Virus record (IMG/VR): IMGVR_UViG_3300033741_000014
Coordinates: 1 to 27,871 of that record
Length of the DNA: 27,871 bases
Source of the DNA: a virus
Lineage: Duplodnaviria > Caudoviricetes
Direction: 5' to 3' (one strand)
Under the pieces are notes generated by a model. It saw only the letters and a program-made list of their open reading frames with translations, had not been told where the DNA came from and searched no databases. Numbering within the stretch: the first letter of the stretch is position 1; each line of letters opens with the position of its first letter. Positions 23,268 to 27,871 of the stretch are shown here, piece after piece. Position numbers and translations under genes: made by a program.

Positions 23268-25692
23268 GAACGCTCACCCCCTGACGTGATTGGACCCGAA
23301 TAGAGTCAACGATTGCGGAAGCCAACGAGTTGATGGAATCCTTGGAAAGGCTAACCGAAGCGCTGTCCTGGCTCCGGTCGTTAGCTGCAAACGAATCAGC
23401 AATAGCTGACGAGATAGCATAGGGGTCTAGTGTGGCCTCCACGCTAAATGTTCCCGCCTGCTGAGGAGTTGTCTGCATGGGAACCAGAGACTGGATGCCG
23501 CTGGTGTCGTGGGTGAATGCGACAGTGGTGTTCAGCTTCTGTGCCTCTGACATGATCTTAGTGTTGAGATCCTGGATAGGCTTGATAGCATCTTGAGCGC
23601 TATCTTCTACACCTTCACCGATACCGGAAGGCAGGAATGAACCCACCTCGTCGCGCAAGCGTCGTGACGGGGAGTGGATACCGAAGAAGTCCTTGATGCC
23701 GCCTACCACACTAGAAGCGAATCCACCGAGCTTTCCCAGGAGCCAGCCAGTAGCGTCTGAGATGCCACCCCACAGGCCCTGGATGAGCTGAAGGCCAGCA
23801 GCCGCGAGCTGAGGCACAGCGCCCACGATAGCGCCTATGATACCAGTGATGATCTGAGGAATAGCGCCGACAATGCCACCGAGGATAGCTGGCATGTTGG
23901 ATACCAAGGCCACAAGCAACTGGATACCGGCGCTGATGAGCATCGGGATGGAACCCACGAGAGCGCTGATAAGACCGGTGATGATTTGTGGGATAGCAGC
24001 GACGATTGTGGTGATGATCTCAGGCAGTGCACCGATAAGCGCTACGAACAGCTCGATTCCACCTTCGATGAGCTGAGGTATAGCACCCAGCACTCCATCC
24101 AAGATAGCGGTGAAGATAGCCGGTAGAGCTGTGACGATACTGGTGATGATGGTGGGCATTGCTGTCACCAGTGCGCTCAGCAGTGCGATACCGGCTGCCA
24201 CGAGCTGAGGTATGGCGCTTGTGATTGCACCGATGATTGACGTTATGATCTGAGGCAATGCAGCCAGGAGCGACGTGATGACAGTGGGGATAGCTTCCAC
24301 CAGCGAGAGGAATAGCTGGATAGCTGCATCCAGAAGCATGGGGATGGCACCTGTCACAAAGGTTATGATCTGGTGAATGAGCTCCGGCAGGTATTCAATT
24401 AGCACCGGGATAGCCTCCAGGAGGCCGTCAGCTAATGCCATGATGAGCTGGATACCCACGTCAAGCAGCATGGGAAGGTTTGACAGGATGCCCTCGGCGA
24501 TACCAGTGAGCATGAATGCCAGCAACGGCAGGAGACCGGGTATGGCCTGCACAAGTCCTTCACCCAGCGCGATAACCGCCTTCATACCGGCGTCGACGAG
24601 CTGAGGGAGCATGCCTGCGAGGCTGGTGACCAAGCCTACCAAGCCAGGAACCAAGGCCGTGATGAGGCTAGGGAGAGACTGCGTGATGCCAGTGAGGAGA
24701 CCACCGATGAGCGCCACGCCTGCGTCAAGCAATGCAGGGATAGCACTGGCCACGGCTCCCACAAGGCCAGACATCATTTCGCCGAGCTTGGGTCCAAGGG
24801 TAGCAATGTTAGACCCGAGGTTTTCAATGATAGGCTGGACGTTAGTGATAACCTGCTCGAGCGAATCAATAACGTTACCGGCCAGCGTGGCCACATCAGA
24901 GTCAGCGCTGCCAAGTCCCGTCAAGAGGTTAGCGAATGCGCCCTGCATGGTGGCGACAGAGCCGGAGATGGTGGTAGAAGCCTCGAGGGCGGTGGTTCCG
25001 GTAATGCCCATTTCATCTTGGACGGCACCGATAGCCGCGATGATCTGGTCGTACGATACATCGTTGATGTTAGCAGCAGTGGCCGTGAACGAATCACCCA
25101 TGACACCTGACTCATTGACGAGTCGTGCCATTTCGGAAGCGGTACCACCGTAACCAAGCTTGAGGTTATCAAGCATGGTGAAGTTTTGTTTGGCGAAGCC
25201 TTGGTAGGCATTCTGGATCTCGCCAATGTTAGAGCCGAACTTATTAGCGTTGTCCGACATGTCAATGATGGCCCGGTTAGCCACCTCTCCGGCCTTTTCG
25301 GTGTCACCACCGAGGCCCTGGAGAAGTGATGCCGAGAACGAAGTAACCTGCGACATGTAGTCGTTGGCACTTAGTCCGGCTGTCTTATACGCTTCACCAG
25401 CGTACTTCTCCATCTTGCCAGCGGAATCCCCGAACAGGGTCTCAATACCGCCGATGTTCTGCTCGTACGCTGCATAGGCACCCAGCACACCAGTGGTGAG
25501 AGCGCCACCAGCAGCGACAGCAGCCAGTGAGAAGCCGACCAGTGCTTTACCAGCACCGGCCAGCCCACCACTGACCATACCGCCAAGCTTGGAGTCAGCC
25601 GAGCTGGCACCGCTTCCGATGTCACCGAGGCCCTTCTGGACGCTATCGGCACCATCTAGTGAGACTTTGATCTTCACATTATTGTCTGCCAT
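23260..25692 (-). CDS. Tape measure protein
   Basis: 810 aa; YEQNIGGIETLF, YQGFAKQNFTMLDNLKLGYGGT, amphipathic Pro-spaced repeats, FGIHSPSR. Confidence 0.95.
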   Translation of the reverse strand: MADNNVKIKVSLDGADSVQKGLGDIGSGASSADSKLGGMVSGGLAGAGKALVGFSLAAVAAGGALTTGVLGAYAAYEQNIGGIETLFGDSAGKMEKYAGEAYKTAGLSANDYMSQVTSFSASLLQGLGGDTEKAGEVANRAIIDMSDNANKFGSNIGEIQNAYQGFAKQNFTMLDNLKLGYGGTASEMARLVNESGVMGDSFTATAANINDVSYDQIIAAIGAVQDEMGITGTTALEASTTISGSVATMQGAFANLLTGLGSADSDVATLAGNVIDSLEQVITNVQPIIENLGSNIATLGPKLGEMMSGLVGAVASAIPALLDAGVALIGGLLTGITQSLPSLITALVPGLVGLVTSLAGMLPQLVDAGMKAVIALGEGLVQAIPGLLPLLAFMLTGIAEGILSNLPMLLDVGIQLIMALADGLLEAIPVLIEYLPELIHQIITFVTGAIPMLLDAAIQLFLSLVEAIPTVITSLLAALPQIITSIIGAITSAIPQLVAAGIALLSALVTAMPTIITSIVTALPAIFTAILDGVLGAIPQLIEGGIELFVALIGALPEIITTIVAAIPQIITGLISALVGSIPMLISAGIQLLVALVSNMPAILGGIVGAIPQIITGIIGAIVGAVPQLAAAGLQLIQGLWGGISDATGWLLGKLGGFASSVVGGIKDFFGIHSPSRRLRDEVGSFLPSGIGEGVEDSAQDAIKPIQDLNTKIMSEAQKLNTTVAFTHDTSGIQSLVPMQTTPQQAGTFSVEATLDPYAISSAIADSFAANDRSQDSASVSLSKDSINSLASAIVDSIRVQSRQGVSVLG

Positions 25693-25710
25693 GCTGTCCT
25701 CCTTACTTGG

Positions 25711-26085
25711 TTAGTGTTCCGGCTGTGGAAGCGATTCGCCTTCACGTTGGCTAAGCCAGAATGTCCCCATCCGGGGGTCTGGACCGTTGCCCTTATTGTG
25801 CGATTCAATAGCCGACTTATTAGCCGTGTTCCACATTGTCTGACCCTCTGCGATGACTTGCTGAGCGGGGCATTCCATGGACCATGCTGTATAGTCTTCT
25901 ACCGTTTCCTCACGGCCTAATCTTGAGTTGTGTAAGTGCTGGGATAGTGGTCTTCCACATCCTGGACACTTGGCCTCCTTCATATATTTCCACTGAGACA
26001 AGACCTCTAGGTCAAGTTCAGTCCAAGAGCCTGGATTACCCCCGTCAAGGAGGCGAACCGGAGGTAACCCAGACTCTAGGGCCAA
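25711..26085 (-). CDS. Second tail assembly chaperone frame (probably the -1 frameshift extension)
   Basis: Between TAC and TMP; the TTG start has no SD; the frame is -1 to the upstream gene and open back to about 26217; CPGCG...C motif. Confidence 0.7.
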   Translation of the reverse strand: MALESGLPPVRLLDGGNPGSWTELDLEVLSQWKYMKEAKCPGCGRPLSQHLHNSRLGREETVEDYTAWSMECPAQQVIAEGQTMWNTANKSAIESHNKGNGPDPRMGTFWLSQREGESLPQPEH

Positions 26086-26099
26086 GTCAAGCAGTAATG

Positions 26100-26654
26100 C
26101 TAAACGTGGCCCGATTTCGTAGGGCGGATGGAAACTTCGCCCCCCGAGTTCTGCCAGGACATGAACGCCTGCACGACCTGATGCAGAGCACCGCCCGGCA
26201 GAATTCCTTTGACGCCCTTAGAACTCAAGAGCGCGCCGTCTGTGGAGAGAGGAGTGGCATCCTCAAGTGTGTTACCATCTTCGTCTACGGGGTCAATTCC
26301 GTACACGCCGATGAACGTGGTAGGCAGTACCTTTTCGTACTGGTCGATGGGCGTGAGATTGGTCTGCTTTACCAGCAGTGCCCACTCCCCGAGGTCGAGT
26401 TTGCGGTACTGCACCCAGACGGAATTCGCCTTGGGCTTGGTCTCGGCCACACGTGCTTCAAGGTCGGCAAGGTTATCCGCGAGGAACCCCTGCCCACCAG
26501 TGAATGCCTTCATGGCCTTGGCCTGTGCAAGTTCCTTCTTTGCATCCTCGTAGTCCTGGGAGTAGGTGCCTCCCATGTCTACCTCCAGAGTCAGGATCGA
26601 CTTGCGTCGTGACTCTACCGCTGCCTGTAGTTCTTCGTAACTGTTGAATGCCAT
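26100..26654 (-). CDS. Tail assembly chaperone
   Basis: AAGGAG RBS; position between major tail and TMP. Confidence 0.8.
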   Translation of the reverse strand: MAFNSYEELQAAVESRRKSILTLEVDMGGTYSQDYEDAKKELAQAKAMKAFTGGQGFLADNLADLEARVAETKPKANSVWVQYRKLDLGEWALLVKQTNLTPIDQYEKVLPTTFIGVYGIDPVDEDGNTLEDATPLSTDGALLSSKGVKGILPGGALHQVVQAFMSWQNSGGEVSIRPTKSGHV

Positions 26655-26693
26655 TTCTTCTTCTCCTTGGTCAGTTGGTTAGGTGTGGCCCGG

Positions 26694-27191
26694 TCAGGCT
26701 ACGACTGCGACGGCAGTGGCACTTCGCCCCTGGACCGTGATGTGTGCGGTGATGCCGACGAACGTGTTGTTTGCCTCGAGAGGGTCGATGGAGGTCACGA
26801 TAACCTTCCATACCCAGACGAGCTGGCCTGCCGCGATTGCTTCCACGTGGTCAACGCCATCACGACGCCACACGTAGACAACGTCGCCGATGCTGAGACC
26901 GGCGATGAGGTCAGCGTCATCCTGCCCTGTGCCCTTGATGACGAGGTCATCGATGGTGTGGGTGGTGCTGCCAGGAAGGTTCTCGCTGGAGGGGTCACAG
27001 AGCCAGTCGACGGTCGTGCTGTCGGTGCTCGAGGTTCCGTTGAACGTCTGGATGGAGCAGTCCAGGCCGATGCCTGCACCGAATTCCGCGACGGAAGGTG
27101 CTTCCAGGTCAACGACCACAGGCGCGACGCCTACAGCAACGTTTCCCCGGCTGATCTGTGTGGAGGGATTCCACTGAACGAGAGGTGCCAT
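26694..27191 (-). CDS. Major tail protein
   Basis: 165 aa, strong codon bias, GAAAGG RBS; APSVAEF..G..LDC and LCD motifs; synteny. Confidence 0.85.
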   Translation of the reverse strand: MAPLVQWNPSTQISRGNVAVGVAPVVVDLEAPSVAEFGAGIGLDCSIQTFNGTSSTDSTTVDWLCDPSSENLPGSTTHTIDDLVIKGTGQDDADLIAGLSIGDVVYVWRRDGVDHVEAIAAGQLVWVWKVIVTSIDPLEANNTFVGITAHITVQGRSATAVAVVA

Positions 27192-27203
27192 TGTCTTACC
27201 TTT

Positions 27204-27419
27204 CTACTTGGTATCCGTGGATACCTCGGAAGAGGCCCCATCGGTCTTGTGTGTGGCCTTGGCCGGAGTTTCCGGCTTGCGCTTCGGCTGAAAGCCAAGC
27301 ACCGTTTCACCGGGGTTCAGGGCACGAACTTTCGTGTGCACCTTTCCGTTGAAATTCTTTTCGGAGATGGCGTAACGAACGCCGGACTCCTTGTGGTCTA
27401 CTACTATGCCACGAGACAT
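27204..27419 (-). CDS. Hypothetical protein (71 aa)
   Basis: AAGGAGG RBS, TAATG coupling. Confidence 0.8.
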   Translation of the reverse strand: MSRGIVVDHKESGVRYAISEKNFNGKVHTKVRALNPGETVLGFQPKRKPETPAKATHKTDGASSEVSTDTK

Positions 27420-27775
27420 TAGATACCTCCTTGGTTGAGTTGGACGGTCACTTGGGATTCATAGTGGCCTTCGACTTGGGCACCTGCATAGCCCATAGAC
27501 GTTGAGAGTGTGGTGCTGCCTACACGTGCGCCCTGGAGGGTACGCATGAGCTCCACGGCCAGATTCATAGACGCTTCCGCACTTGCACCGCAAGCGTAGA
27601 GGGTGGTCTGGTAATCCCAGCCGACTGCGTCTCCGCTAAGAGCCGTATCCACCGTTCCGACAATAAGTGGTCGGTGAACCGCATACGGGAGCTGAGCTCC
27701 TGTGGGTGCGTAGCCAGTGTGAATGGGAAGACCTGCCACTGACACCAGCGCGCTAATGTCCGTCAATGCGCTCAT
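27419..27775 (-). CDS. Tail terminator-like protein
   Basis: 118 aa; AP.GA.LPY.V motif; position upstream of the major tail gene. Confidence 0.7.
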   Translation of the reverse strand: MSALTDISALVSVAGLPIHTGYAPTGAQLPYAVHRPLIVGTVDTALSGDAVGWDYQTTLYACGASAEASMNLAVELMRTLQGARVGSTTLSTSMGYAGAQVEGHYESQVTVQLNQGGI

Positions 27776-27870
27776 GATAGACCAAGGTCTCTCAGCAATT
27801 TACCTTGATTCATAGCGCCCTGGAGTTTCTTAGCAGCGGTGATATGAAACGGCCGAGCAGCCATCCGGCT
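27772..27870 (-). CDS. 3' end of an HK97 gp10-like neck protein, truncated by the window edge
   Basis: SRMAARPFHITAAKKLQ...LGLS stop; ATGA overlap with the next gene. Confidence 0.65.
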   Translation of the reverse strand, partial: SRMAARPFHITAAKKLQGAMNQGKLLRDLGLS

Positions 27871-27871
27871 T

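Noticed and set aside
23800-24800. Periodic DNA repeats such as GAGCTGAGG and GTGATGAT
   Set aside because: Explained by the ordinary amphipathic repeats of the tape measure protein.

Overview
This window is a continuous ~28 kb stretch of an actinobacterial siphovirus genome; no host genes, integrase or repressor are visible. Gene content and order resemble Microbacterium cluster EA-type phages (inference from synteny, not a database result). The + strand (1-16504) carries small early genes, several behind sigma-A-like promoters; a nucleotide-modification block (T4 gp42-like dCMP hydroxymethylase, GT-A glycosyltransferase, dNMP kinase, all-alpha dCTPase/dUTPase, dCMP deaminase); and replication/recombination genes (SNF2-like helicase, family A DNA polymerase, PD-(D/E)XK nuclease, AAA ATPase, acidic SSB-like protein, VRR-NUC, primase-helicase). 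The - strand (16659-27871) carries the late lysis and tail genes, converging on a likely bidirectional terminator. Two features stand out: a compact, apparently complete T4-like glycosyl-hydroxymethylcytosine pathway, and a tRNA-like element with alanine identity (G3:U70, A73) but a non-canonical anticodon arm, set among further RNA hairpins just upstream of the polymerase. All family calls come from motifs recognised by eye.
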